The translations under genes were made by a program, and so were the position numbers. A DNA stretch of 64,000 nucleotides from Octopus vulgaris (Eukaryota): positions 69,688,001-69,752,000 of the forward strand of contig OX597818.1 of NCBI GenBank assembly GCA_951406725.2, read 5' to 3'. Below the pieces are notes generated by a model. The model saw only the letters and a program-made list of their open reading frames with translations. It ran no database searches and was not told where the DNA came from. This document shows positions 23,750-38,070 of this stretch, one piece after another. Position 1 is the first letter of the stretch; each line of letters opens with the position of its first letter.

Positions 23750-24032
23750 TATTGCACAAAACATTAACAGATTCTAATGACATAGTTTCAATGGTTGTTG
23801 GTGCTGATGATGTTACTCTCGTTATTGAAGGTGTTGTCAGTGATGTTGCTGTCATTGATGGTTGCAACGGTGTTGATGTTGCTGGGTGACAATTTGCTAT
23901 TAAAGAAGAGTTGGCTTTTTGTTTGGGACTCATGGCCATATCTTATACAGAAATATATGCATGTGCACAGGGGGTTTGTGCATGCACTTGTGTACCTGTA
24001 TGGGTATCTGTTTATATATATATATATATAAA

Positions 24033-24270
24033 TGCGCTCTTTTTAAAGCCTAGCCAGGTTCATGGGCCTGGTTTCAATGGTGTATGTGTTCCCCAGCTGG
24101 ACGGGACGCCAGTCCATCTCAGCATTACTCATTTTTGCCAGCTGAGTGAACTGGAGCAACATAAAATGAAGTGATTTGCTCAAGACTACAACGCGTCGCC
24201 CGGTCCAGCAATCGAAACTACAATCTTACGATCATGATGCTGGCACACTAACCACTAAGCCACATGCCTC

Positions 24271-24272
<2 letters not shown>
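24033..24272 (-). mobile_element. CORE-type tRNA SINE, tail variant 1
   Basis: Minus strand: tRNA-like head, then cttgagcaaatcacttcattttatgttgctccagttcactcagctggcaaaaatgag (CORE-like). Confidence 0.8.
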
Positions 24273-24315
<43 letters not shown>

Positions 24316-24342
24316 ATGCAAATATGTATATGTGTGTGTGTG

Positions 24343-24375
<33 letters not shown>

Positions 24376-25509
24376 CCAGCCATCAAAACTATGTGAAAAC
24401 AAACATTGGAGCTTGACGCAGTCCTCTGACCTGCTGGATCCTGTCAAACCACTCCGCCCATGCCATCATGGGATGTGGACACTAAGAGATGGTGATGGTG
24501 ATGATTTGCAGTAATCTTATAGCAGAGAATGTCGATGCAAGAATCATATTTCTTCTCTACATATAAAATATAGAAGAATCCTATTGCTCCAGATATAAAA
24601 CTGAAGAAAGAATTTCAAAACACAATCAGACTCCAAGGAGGGATCCAATTCCTTTAATACGCATAGAAACGTTTTTTGTCAGTGTCTGTAAATGATGTTC
24701 TTATTTCAGATACAAGTGGCTGTGAGAATCGATATAGCTTGACATTCCAGAACCGTGCCATAAATAACAGAGTTAGTATCAAGACAATGTTACGGCATAT
24801 GTATATTATTTCAACACTTTATATATAATCACCAAACTTAGTACAAAATATAAAAAAAAATATGCAGCGAATATATTTGGACAATAGATTGTATCTTTTG
24901 TTTCAGAGCTTGAGATCTCAAAGCAGCTATGTAGAGACTAAACAGTTTTTTATGACAAATTTCAAGAATATTTTGGATAATTCTTCACATGAAGTTCCTT
25001 AGAAATGAATGTTTCGTGCCCATGTTAATCAATTTCCTGCTGACAATCCTTTGCAAAGATGAAACCAATTTTTGGTCCAGTTTTCGGTGTGTAATAAAGA
25101 ACATATTTATTCTCTACTTCGTTGTAGTGAGGCCTGTAACTTTTTAGCATAATATAGAATACATGCACTGAGTATATATATTTTAATGTATTATGTACAT
25201 TAATTTCTTTTTAGACTTAGAAATAGTCCTCTATAATGGAAACAAAATATGTTATAACAGAATGTCGATTCAAATTCTTTTATTTGCGACATTACAGTAG
25301 AATGGCAAGTGATTCTGATAGTCATAGCAACCATCTTCCAAACTAAGAGCATTATATATATATATATATACCAACCACACTGATAAAATCCATTTTTCTT
25401 ATAATAAAGTCGGATTTCCTTTAAATCCAAAAATATATTTTTTAAATTTTCCTTCTAAAACAATGATAAATGTGATTCTTGCACTGTTATTTTATGTAAT
25501 AAAATTCTA

Positions 25510-25755
25510 CACACATAAACACATATGTATACATATGTGTGCGTGTGTGCTTTTACATGTATGTATATACACATACATACCTATATATATATGTATATGT
25601 ATATATATCTATATATATATATGCATGTGTATATGTGTATATATATGTGTATATATATATGTATATATATATATATGTATATATATATATAGAGAGAGAG
25701 AGATATAGATATATAGATAGATAGATAGGTAGATAGATAGATAGATATGTATATA

Positions 25756-25816
<61 letters not shown>
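25510..25816. repeat. (TA)n/(GATA)n microsatellite
   Basis: Directly visible. Confidence 0.95.
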
Positions 25817-25818
<2 letters not shown>

Positions 25819-26153
25819 CATGGCTCAGTGGTTAGAGCGTCGAGCTCACGATCGTGAGGTTGTGAGCTCGAATCCCGGACCGGGCTGCGTGTTGTGTTCT
25901 CGAGCAAGGCACTTTATTTCACGTTGCTCCAGTTCACTCAGCTGTAGAAATGAGTTGTGACGTCACAGGTGCCAAGCTGTATCGACCTTTGTCTTTCCCT
26001 TGGATAACACTGGTGGCATGGAGAGGGGAGGCTGGTATGCATGGGCGACTGCTAGCCTTCCATAAACAACCTTGCCCGGACTTGTGTCTAGGAGGGTAAC
26101 TTTCTAGGTGCAATCCCATGGTCATTCATGACCGAAGGGGGTCTTTACCCTTT
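25817..26153 (+). mobile_element. CORE-type tRNA SINE, tail variant 2, inserted in (TA)n
   Basis: A box tggctcagtgg, B-box-like gagctcgaatcc, CORE-like tgtgttctcgagcaaggcactttatttcacgttgctccagttcactcagctgtagaaatgag; CpG-rich, so relatively young. Confidence 0.85.
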
Positions 26154-26466
26154 ATATATATATTACTTACATAGGTATGCATGTATGCATGTGCATGTGT
26201 GTGTATATAAAGAGCAATCGTGTCATAGAATATAGATTTATGTGTGTGTATAACATGTATAGACAGATATATATAAATATATTGATCAGTAGTTCATATA
26301 TCTTAAGAAGTAGCACAGTAAATCATTAGGGCAGAAATATTTAGAAGGTTGTTTGTTGTGACCAGTAGGAAAGTGACCATTGGTTTCACATCTATACAGC
26401 TAAGAGCTTCATAGATGCGAAACCAGCAGTCACTCTCTGACTGGCCATAACAAATAACTTTTACAT

Positions 26467-26467
26467 T

Positions 26468-26501
<34 letters not shown>

Positions 26502-26504
26502 TAT

Positions 26505-26569
<65 letters not shown>

Positions 26570-26601
26570 CAGATAGATAGATAGATGGATAGACAGACAG
26601 G

Positions 26602-26669
<68 letters not shown>

Positions 26670-27020
26670 GATAGATAGATGGATAGATAGATCTGACCTA
26701 TGCAGATTGGTGTTGCTATAGTAACCAGTCTGCTTCCTGTAGTTCTTCCCTGTTGTTTATGGCTGATCTCCAGAATATGTAGCAATTTTCATTTCTACTT
26801 GTTAAATGTGAAAAAAAAATCATTACACACACACATATACATACATACATACATACATACATACATACACACATACATACATACATACATACATACATAC
26901 ATACATACATACATACATACATACATACACACATACATATATAATAACTACTTGTATATATATATATATATATATATATACAGATACACATACATACAAA
27001 CATACATACAAATATATGAA
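26467..27020. repeat. (GATA)n (26467-26692) and (TACA)n (26825-27020) microsatellites
   Basis: Directly visible. Confidence 0.95.
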
Positions 27021-27406
27021 TACAGTTGTGTAGTGTGATTTGAAGTGCAGAATGACACACATAATCTTATATAGCGAAAGATAAAACTGCAAAGAGAACT
27101 CCTAGTTTATAATCCAATTTTCCATTCATTGGCCTCCATATGTAGAAAGATCATGAAGAATCAGTTTATAAATAATTTACTTACAGCCTCTTACATCAGT
27201 GGAGATAATTGTCGAATTACACAATCTAGGTCAAGTAAATTTTCTAGATCTTCACTTCGTCAGAGATAGATTTGTACTGAATGAACATCTGCTGAAGTGA
27301 GGACATAGAAAACCTATCTGGCCTGGATTGCATGATTTGACCATTACCTTCACTGAAACACGTGTAAGATGGCATAATTAAATGATTTATGAAGTGCGTT
27401 TCTAGT

Positions 27407-27407
<1 letters not shown>

Positions 27408-27489
<82 letters not shown>

Positions 27490-27575
27490 CCTATCTATCT
27501 ATCTATCTATCTATCTGTCTGTCTGTCTATCTATCCATCTATCTATCCATCCATCCATCTATCCATCCATCAAGT
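27408..27575. repeat. (TATC)n/(CCAT)n microsatellite
   Basis: Directly visible. Confidence 0.95.
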
Positions 27576-27585
27576 TATCCATCTA

Positions 27586-29115
27586 AAAAGCAGTTAAAAA
27601 AATTCCCAAATTGGAAGAGTCCAGGACTGGATGTGGTCCAAGGTTAATGGATGAAGAAGCTGAGAACGCTCCATGAAAGGATATCAAAACAGCTAGATGA
27701 GTACTTGCAGGAAAGTGCAGTACCCAACCGGAGGACAAAAAGGAAGACATCGTTATGTACCAAGGATCCTGAAAAGGGAAATGTTGCATCCAACTTTCAA
27801 CCAATAACATGTCTTTTGATAATGTGGAAGCTAATGTCAGGTGCTTTGGTCAGTGGTCTGTATAGATACTTAGAAGAATATGGACTGCTGCCTATTGAAC
27901 AGAAAGGGTGCCGAAAGAGGAGCCGGGGAATGAAGGATCAGCTCTTAATCAATAATCTAATTATCAGAAACTACAAAAGAAGACACACAAACCTGAACAT
28001 GGCATCGGTTGACTATCACAAAGCATACAATATGATACCACACTCCTGCATAATAAGAACAATGGAAAGGAATGGAGTAGCAGAGAATAGGAGAAGCTTT
28101 ATATGGAATAGCATGAAATACTGGAGAATAGAATTGGCAGCAGGGAAGCAAGCACTAGGAGAGGTGAAAATCAAGAGAGGAATCTTCCAAAGAGACTGTG
28201 TCCCCATTGATATTCATGCTGGAAATGATCCCCTTGAGTGAAATACTTCAGAAAATAAAGCTGGGATATGATCTGGGAAGAGGTAAGGGAAAACTAAACC
28301 ACTTGCTATTCATGGTTGATCTGAAGTTATTCACAAAAACTGAGGCAGAACTGGACGGCCTAGTCCAGTCTGTGCAGATTTTCTCCAGTGATATTAAGAT
28401 GGAGTTTGGACTCTCAAAATGTGCTACGTTGGTGATGAAATGAGGAAAGCTTGCCAGGACAGAAGGCATATGGTTGCCTAGTGGTGAAATGATGAAGACA
28501 ATTCATCCTCAAGCTAGCTATAAATACCTGAGAATACTTGAGGCCAATGGAATCAAACAGCACAAAATGAAGGAAAAAACAAAAAGAGAATACCTGCGGT
28601 GAGTGAGAAAAATATTGACTTCAAAGCTGAATGCCAGCAACATTATTTCGGCAATAAACTCAGGGGTAGTCGTAGTAGTTCAGGATGTCACTGGAATCCT
28701 GAAGTAGACAAAGAAGGAGCTAAAGGTGATGGACAGGAAGTCAAGAAAGCTCCGAACAATGCATGGAGTCCATCATCCACAAACAGACACTGATTGTATA
28801 TACATGAAGAGAGCAAATGGAGGAAGGAGACTGACAAGTGTGGAAGAATGCATGCATATCGAATTTGAGAGCTTGATAAGATACCTCGCCCAGAGTAAGG
28901 AGTGAGAGAGAATTGAGAGCAGAGAAAAAAGGGAAAATAAAGGAAGAAGTACAAAAAAGACATGAAGAAGAATTACATTAGAAGGGACTACACAATCAAT
29001 TCCATGTAGCCACAACAGAAGTTGCTGGAAAAAATAGGTGGAATTGGCTGAAGAAAGGAACCCTAAAAAAAGAAACTGAAAGCACTATACTGGCAGCACT
29101 GGACCAAACTTTGGC
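27586..29115 (+). mobile_element. R4/Dong-like non-LTR retrotransposon RT region, pseudogenised (element 1)
   Basis: [67 protein letters not shown]; frameshifts and stops. Confidence 0.9.
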
Positions 29116-30203
29116 CATGAGTTGGAGGGTCAACCTTCAGAAGGAAGGAAAACTGATACAAATAGCGGCAAAACACGAGCAAAACAAAAAACTGTTCTCA
29201 GTATTTAAGGAAGCTGACAAATACAAACAAGAAATCATACCACCTAATAAATATGAAAAAGAAGAAGAAGATGAAGAAACAACAAAAGCTATAAAACAAA
29301 TGAAATCCAAACTAAAACTAGAACAACAAAAAACCATGATAAAACGATGGCAAGAAAAGCCCCTTCATGGTAAATACTGGACTAAACTAAATGCAAAAGA
29401 AATAGACAAAGAAAAATCCCAGCAATGGTTGAGAAGCTCAGGACTCAAAGCAGAGACAGCGGGATTTTTAATTGCAGCACAAGACCAAAGCCTCCCCACC
29501 AGAAATTATCAAAAACATGTAATGAAAAGAAATATAACAAGTAACTGCAGAATATGTGAAGATGGACAAGAAACGATAAATCATATTATTTCTGGCTGCC
29601 CAGTCCTGGCTAAGAAGGAATATATTCACAGACATGACAGAGTTGGAACTTACATACACTGGAAGCTATGCCAACATTATGGAATAACAACAGAAAAAAG
29701 ATGGTATAGGTACACACCAGAAAAGGTCACAGAAAACGAGAAAGCAACCATACTCTGGGATATGTCGATATACACAGATAGAGAAATTAAGGTCAACAGA
29801 CCAGATATAGTTATAAGAGATCATGAAGAAAAAAACGTTTTCTAATTGATGTATCAATACCAGCAGATGACAACGTGTCTCTAAAAGAAATGGAGAAACT
29901 TTCAAAATACAAATACCTGGAAATAGAGGTAACCAGAATGTGGAATCTAAAAACAGAAACAATTCCTATCATAGTAGGTGCATTAGGTATGATAAAAAAA
30001 TATTCAGACAAATACATAACAAAAACACCAGGACTTACAAACACATATAACATACAGAAAATTGCACTACTAGGCACTGCACACATCCTATGCAGAACAC
30101 TTTCCATACAATAACCATCAGAGCATCACAACAAATCACAACACATACCCAAGGCACACAGAGCTGCGCTCGGTAGTGAAAGCACGCTATAAAGATAAAA
30201 CTA

Positions 30204-30243
<40 letters not shown>
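29116..30243 (+). mobile_element. R4/Dong-like element 3' half with CCHC finger, RLE endonuclease and (TAA)n tail (element 2, near-intact)
   Basis: ORFs 29111-29845 and 29875-30114: AAQDQSL.TRNY, CRIC..ETINHIISGC, RHD, RPDIV, IDVSIP, KEMEKLSKY; one frameshift near 29830; tail at about 30207-30243. Confidence 0.92.
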
Positions 30244-30245
30244 TT

Positions 30246-30752
30246 AACTTTAGACAAAATCATGCCTCCTCATCGATATGACTGTCCCATTCGATGTAAA
30301 TGTATTTGTCAGAACCTACCAAAAACTGAGCAAGTATAAAGATCTTGAAATAGAAATTGGCAAAATGTAGAACCTGAAGACTAAAACAGTACCTGTTGTC
30401 ACAGGTGCTCCAGGAATGATAGTAAAAGGGGCTGATTGCTACCTAGCTCAGATACCAGAAAACCCCAAAATGGCAGAAATTCAAAAGATAGTGCTCATGG
30501 GAATTGCCCATATCCTACGTAAAATACTGTCTATGTAACCTAAAATTTTAAAACAAACTTATAATATCCTTATATTTTCATTGAAATTCTCTAGAACTTT
30601 GTGCAAAACCAAGTATATGGCACCCTAGTCTTAACACCAACTTGAACTTCTAACTTGTTGTCTCTTGGGATTTCTGGGTGAGACTTGGGATTAACTTGTA
30701 CAAATACAAGACAAAAGTCAAACATATAATGATAATAATTATAATAATAATA
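30246..30752 (+). mobile_element. R4/Dong-like element 3' end (element 3)
   Basis: LIDMTVP, KLSKYKDLEIEIGKM*NLKTKTVPVVTGA; ends in a degenerate (TAA)n. Confidence 0.85.
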
Positions 30753-30789
30753 TGGAGAAATATAGCAACATCAGTTCCAGTTATGTCAG

Positions 30790-31650
30790 GTGAAGTCAGG
30801 GTATGTATGGGGAGTATTTTAAGGTGATACACTCTCACTGATGCTTTCTGTTGTTGCTCTTATCCCTCTTACAATGACCTTTAGAGGGGCTTAATTATGC
30901 TAAGAATTTAGCAGTGGGGGAAAAATAAACCACGTCCATTGTATGGAAGACCTGAAATTATTTGCCAAAAGTAAGAAAGCTTTTGTTTCATTGGCCCTGA
31001 CTGTCAAAGTTGTGTGTGGCACGGTGTTTGAAATAGGTAAATGTGCGGCGCTAGTAATAAGGAGAGGAAAATATCCAAGTCAGAAGGAATTAAACTCTCA
31101 AATTAGACATCAATCCAAGCAATGAATAGGGGTGACTGTTGCAAGTACCTGGGTATATTGGATACAGATAGAATCCTCTGCCAAGAAATGAAAGAGAAAG
31201 TGAGAAATGAATATCTTAGGAGTGTAAAAAGTTGCTAAATTCAAAGCTGAATGGCAGGAAAAGAATCTCTACAGTAAAGCAATGGGTGGCCTCTCTAATA
31301 AGATATTCTGATGCTTTCCTGAACTGAACAAAGGAAGAACTAAGAGACATGATCTGTGAAATGAGAAAGCCATGTATAGGTCACTACATCCCAGGGACAG
31401 TGTTGGTAGATTTTACCTATCACAGAAGGAGCATGGGATGGACTGATATCAATAGCAAAATGTGTAGAGATGGCAAAACGGGACGTAGAAGAGTTTGTGA
31501 GAAGCAACTCAGAAAGACTGATTTCTGCTGCCAGAGGAGATGAGAAAGAAATTGTGGAGAGACTGCAATGGATGGCAAGAAGAAAACAGGAAGGAGAAAG
31601 AAACATCTGAGGAGAAGAACTACATGACCAGCATCTCAGACAAAAACACA
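30790..31650 (+). mobile_element. Decayed R4/Dong-like RT fragment (element 4)
   Basis: KINHVHCMEDLKLFAK, FEIGKCAALVIRRGK, KYLGI, SKLNGRK; parallels 28200-28900. Confidence 0.8.
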
Positions 31651-31721
31651 GGACATCGTGGTGGTAATGATGCTGGTAGTGAAAGTCTGGTAGGACAATG
31701 GTAATGTTAGTTTTGCTTCTA

Positions 31722-32040
31722 ATGACATGTGGTTTAGGGTTTAGGGTATTTGGCTCACGATCATAAAGTTGTGAGCTCAATACCCAGTAGTGCATCTTAT
31801 CCTTGAGCACTTTATTTCACATTGCTCCAGTCCACTCAGCTAAGCAAAACAGAGTAGCACTTGTACTTCAAAGGGGCCAGGCTTGTCACATCCTGTATCA
31901 TGCTTAATGTCACTGAGAAGAGTACATTAAAGGTGCACATGCCTGTGGAGTACTCGGCCACTTACCCTTTAATTTCACGAGCTGGCTGTTCCGTTGATCG
32001 TATTAACTGGGACCCTTGTTATCATGGCCGATGAAGAGCC
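31722..32040 (+). mobile_element. CORE-type tRNA SINE, tail variant 3
   Basis: ggctcacgatcataaagttgtgagctcaatacc...ccttgagcactttatttcacattgctccagtccactcagct, then an unrelated tail. Confidence 0.75.
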
Positions 32041-32344
32041 AGTTTGGTGGTGATGACGGTGGCTATGATGACAGTGGCACGATGGTTGTGGTAGCAGTTA
32101 TGGCAGTGGGAGTGACAGATGGGGATGTGGGTGGAAGGCAGAGAAACTGGTAGTGTAGTGGTAGTTCGTAGGTGATAGTAGGATGATGATGGCCACGGTG
32201 GAGGTGGTGCCACAGGTAATGGAAGGCAGGATTATAATGGAACCAAAACAGATGCTACCAAGGAAGCTAATGCTAATGAGTAAATATATTAATGAGGATG
32301 TAGTGGTGAGGAATATAATCTATGATTAATGATGTTAATCCTTC

Positions 32345-33420
<1,076 letters not shown>

Positions 33421-33785
33421 AAGCACACATCAGCTTTTGATATAATCAGTGATGTCATGTCGAATACAATGTGTGTTTTGTGTAACGCAGTCAGTAGACA
33501 GCATAAAGGAAATGTTAATAGAGAAATCTGTACAACTGTATGTCTTTATTGTTCTACAGCTTTACAACAGCAGCCAATGTTTCATACAAGATCGTTGTCA
33601 CAGCCTCCTCTTGTTTCTGTGAATTGCTACCAATAATAAGGTCAGTGATATTTTAGCTGAACAAACTGTCTTCATATACGTATAAAAGTATACGTATATG
33701 AATATATACATATATACATGTCTGCATGTAGGTATATGTGTATATACACATAAATGCATCTATGAATAAACAGATATAAGTTTAG

Positions 33786-33786
<1 letters not shown>

Positions 33787-33820
<34 letters not shown>

Positions 33821-34000
33821 ATCATCATCGTTTAACATCCGTTTTCCATGCTAGCATGGGTTGGACAGTTCAACTGGGGTCTGGGAAGCCAGAAGGTTGC
33901 ACCAGAACTCCAGTTTGATCTGGTAGTGTTTTTACAGCTGGAGTCCCTTCCTAATGCCAACCACTCTGTGAGTGTAGTGCATGCTTTTTACACTGGCACA
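33787..34000 (-). mobile_element. RTE 3'-UTR fragment
   Basis: (cat)n-cgtttaacatccgttttccatgctagcatgggttggacag. Confidence 0.85.
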
Positions 34001-34021
34001 TTTAGATATATATTAATATAA

Positions 34022-34238
34022 TGAGGAGGCAACCTGGCAGAATCGTTAGTGCAACGGGCAAAATACTTAGCAGCATTTCATCCATCTTTATGTTCAAAGT
34101 CTAAATTCCACTGAGGTCAACTTTGCATTTCATCCTTTCGGGGTAGAAAAAATAGGTCCTAGTTGAGCACTGGGGTCAAAGTAATCTATTTACCTGCTCC
34201 CCCAAGATTACTGGCCTTGAGTCAAAATTGGAAACCAA
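34022..34238 (+). mobile_element. SINE family A, near full-length
   Basis: ggcaacctggcagaatcgttag...aaattccactgaggtcaactttgcatttcatcctttcggggtag. Confidence 0.8.
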
Positions 34239-34633
34239 TTTTATATTATATTATATCAAAAATTTGACTGTATATTTGAAGCTTCTCCCTTGGTTTTTTA
34301 TGAGATTTGTAAACAGCCAAGAGGGAAACCCAGAGTTTGCTGAGAAGATTCTCATGCTGTAAATATATCAATCTCTTCCACTCGACGTATTAATTTCTAT
34401 GTTTGATGATATTGCTACTACTATGTGAAATATTTTACCAAATACTTTGCAACTCTTACGTAAAGATAGACATCATCAAATATCAATTAAAATCAAGTTA
34501 CAATACATATATAAAATTGCATTTACTGTACAGATTACATATTCACGCACACACAAACACAGCATGCATTCATGTATATACACGCATGCATTCATATATG
34601 TAGGCACTCATATATATATATATATAAATATAT

Positions 34634-34860
34634 CATCATCATCATCATCATCGTTTAATGTACACCTTCCATTCTAGCATGTGTGGGACGGTTTCACAAG
34701 AGCCAGTCAGGCAGAAGCCAGCACCAAACTTCTGTGACTGTTTTGGCAAGATTTTTATAGCTGGATGCCCTTCCAAACACCAATCACTTTACAGTGTGGC
34801 CTAGGTGCTCTTCAATGGCACCTGCACTGACAGGGTCACCAAGTACTTGCAAGACAAAAA
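34634..34860 (-). mobile_element. RTE 3'-UTR fragment
   Basis: (cat)n tail plus tagctggatgcccttcc motif. Confidence 0.75.
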
Positions 34861-35229
34861 TACTTTCAATGTACCGATAATATATATATATATATTATGG
34901 GTACATTGCACACACAAATACACACACACACACTCTCTTTCTCTCTCTTTCCCATATATACTCTTTCTCACATTCATATAAATACAAATATAAGACCTGT
35001 AAACTAGGAGACAGACAGATCTGAAGCAAACATGGAGTAGAGAAGCCAGGTGACAAATGGTGATGAAATGATTTGGGCAAAGCTACCTGGTGATTGATTC
35101 ACCAGCAATTCACCTAACTAGTGATTTGTTAATTGGTTAAATTGTAACAAATTAACAAATAATAACAAAAACAATAATTAAAGTGAAATATATGGAGCAT
35201 GTATTTACTACTGACATGAATTCTTGTCC

Positions 35230-36650
35230 ATGGTTCACGTTTTTAAAGTAGTAAATTTTGATGAATTACATCAAAAGTTTCATATGTTTATGAACTGAAA
35301 TGTGAAGTAAAACTGTCATTTTCCTTTACTTTTTCATGGTTTTAAAATCACGAATGTCAATTAACTTTGTTCTTTATCATTTTAAATTAATGACGATGGT
35401 TAACGTCTTTCCTTCCACATATCTTTCACTTCATTTTGTCCTTTCTTTCACCTGCTTGAATTTGTGTTGACAGTACAAACGTATCTTTAAGCTGGATTGA
35501 ATGTAAAAATGATTTCCACGTGTTTTGGATGGTTTAAAGCAAAAAGTAAATATTGTATAGAGTCTTTTGCTTTATAATAACATCCTTTTTATCTTATTCC
35601 CAGTTTTTGTAATCAGTTGTTTAATTGGACACGCTATATTTGCTGTATTCTGTTGTAAGTTGGATTTTATTGGTTACTATTTGATATAAAGGCACTAAAT
35701 TTGAAAACTCTACCCAAATCTTCCCATATGATATATTAGCCATCAAAAGACCATTTCCAGCTTTCATTTATTTAATTGCAAAAAGCTGTCCATACTTTTT
35801 CTAAGTTTCTTATCTGTATATAATTTTATCTCAAGGCATCCCATTATTCTATTTGCATTCAGTGGTGCTACATTTGTTACCATTGCTGTCCCAAATTTTT
35901 CTCATTATGTCACTTGGCAAAATTTTAAAAAGTTTTTCTGTAAAATAAATTGAAGTCTTCTAATAAGATATTCTTTTCATAAGCAGACAGGTAATTCATG
36001 TGAACCTTACTAAGTGAAACAACTATTACTGCTATTCAAAGATGATAGTATATATTTTGATAATGGGTTTGGTTATCTACATCAAACAAAACTATAAAAG
36101 ATTCACCATTCACTGAACACGGAAGGATATTTATCCAAGTCATCTCTTATGCTGCAAGTATTGTATCTGTAATGGGTCTAAAAATTATTCAGTCAATGGA
36201 TATCACAAGATAAACTTACAACTAACACTCTAATTTTACATAATTTGAGTGAAGAACATTAAAATAAAATGATGGCAATATCTATAGTGGATATTTGTGA
36301 TATTATGTCTATGGACTTTTGTTTATCTGTAAAAGCAACTTGTTCTTACATTTAAAATTACTCTTATAACCACATACCTTATCGGTTAAGCCTTTCGTGC
36401 ATAAATTACTTGAACAGTAAATCTTGATATAATTTCTGCTGCTTATAATTCTTGAGTTATTCATTACACAAGTGTATTGTAAGGATTATGAATGGCTATT
36501 TTAAAATTATTTGTATATTTAAGTATTTGTCTGCAATGTTGTCAATTTGAGAGTAACGTTATTTTTCCTGTTCATCTTCGATCAGGTTAATTATTTTTCT
36601 TCATGTTTTTGCGTATTGATTCAACTGATGTCATACTCTGATTAAAACAC
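35230..36650 (-). mobile_element. Decayed Penelope-like element RT
   Basis: Minus-strand hand translation, in PLE order: TSCFYR*TKVHR, IVLFDVD, LQFILQKNFLKF, GTAMVTNVAPLNANRIMGCLE, WKWSFDG*YIIW, IQLTTEYS, YYKAKDSIQYLLFALNHPKH. Confidence 0.75.
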
Positions 36651-37107
36651 ATTTGCTCTTCTTTTTCTTAATAAATATATTTGGGGGAGTGTATGTGTGT
36701 GCATATATAGACATATAACGAAATATGAATCGAAAAGTCAATGACACCTACTTTTTCTGTAACATGGCGACTTCTTCATTAACACATAATATTACATTAT
36801 TATATAATCACACTATGTTTCCCAGGTTGACAAATGAGTGGTTGATTCAATCTCACCACTCATTGAATAAATTCATTTTCTAGCAAAAAGTTTATCAATG
36901 CTTCCTCCAGTAATAAATTTTTGAACTGACAACACTAGGGATCTTACAAGTAATATGGAACAACTCGAAAATATAACATTGTTAACCCACATACATGGTA
37001 CATTTAACAATAATACAATAGAGAAATAGAAACAGTCATGGCATGTACAAAATAGAGTATGCACATATACATATATATAAATCGTATCTAAACGCATACT
37101 CACACAT

Positions 37108-37157
<50 letters not shown>

Positions 37158-37212
37158 TGGATTAAGTCTTTCTTTGTTTGATTTGCAAAATAGTGGTTTT
37201 GTCTCTAATTAA

Positions 37213-37254
<42 letters not shown>

Positions 37255-37264
37255 TACATATATA

Positions 37265-38070
37265 CAGGGGTTGGACAAAATAATGGATACACCTTAAAAT
37301 TTCAAACAAATTTATTTTAAAATGGAGTAGGACCACCTTTGGCAGTAATCACAGCTTGAATTCTACGAGCAAGGACTCATACAAAGTCTGAATTGATTCC
37401 AAAAGAGATTTTGTCCATTCTTCAGCTAAAAGTCTCCAGTTCTTGGTTTTCTAAAATGCACCATAAATGTTCAATAATATTGAGATCTGGGGACCGTAGT
37501 GGCCAGATAAGATGTTCAACTTTGCTAGAATGTTATTCATGCCATTCAATAACAACTTTAGCTGTGTGAATTGTGTTTCCCTCCAGGAGCAGTTCCTCAA
37601 CCATAGGATGAATTTGATTAGATGAAATATTTAAATAGTCTTGACTGTTAATTCTACCATGAAGGGAAACCATTGGGCCAGTGGATTTCCAAGATATTTC
37701 CATCTTTCTCAAAGGCTGTCATTACTTTTGAGACTACTTCTTGATACACCAAACATTTTGACTGTTTCCATTATGCTAGCACCTGCCATATGAGCCCCAA
37801 CAATTTGACCTCTTTGAAAGTCCGATAGATCTGTCATTTTAATGAATTTTAATGAAATTTACTTACCTTTTCCTGATATCTGAAAAGATATCTGATATCT
37901 GATATTTTCCTGATATCTGAAAGGAAAATGCTATTTTAGCAAAACATATTAAGTAACACTAATAATATATCAAAACGCATAAAAATAAACAAGCTTTTGA
38001 CAGTTTTATAGATATTTAAAAATTATAATCCTATGATGTTAGGTATTTCCATTATTTTGTCCAACCCCTG
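37265..38070 (-). mobile_element. Internally deleted Tc1-family DNA transposon
   Basis: TIRs caggggttggacaaaataatgga / tccattattttgtccaacccctg; left TA; minus-strand MTDLSDFQRGQIVGAHMAGAS and WPLRSPDLNIIEHLW. Confidence 0.92.
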
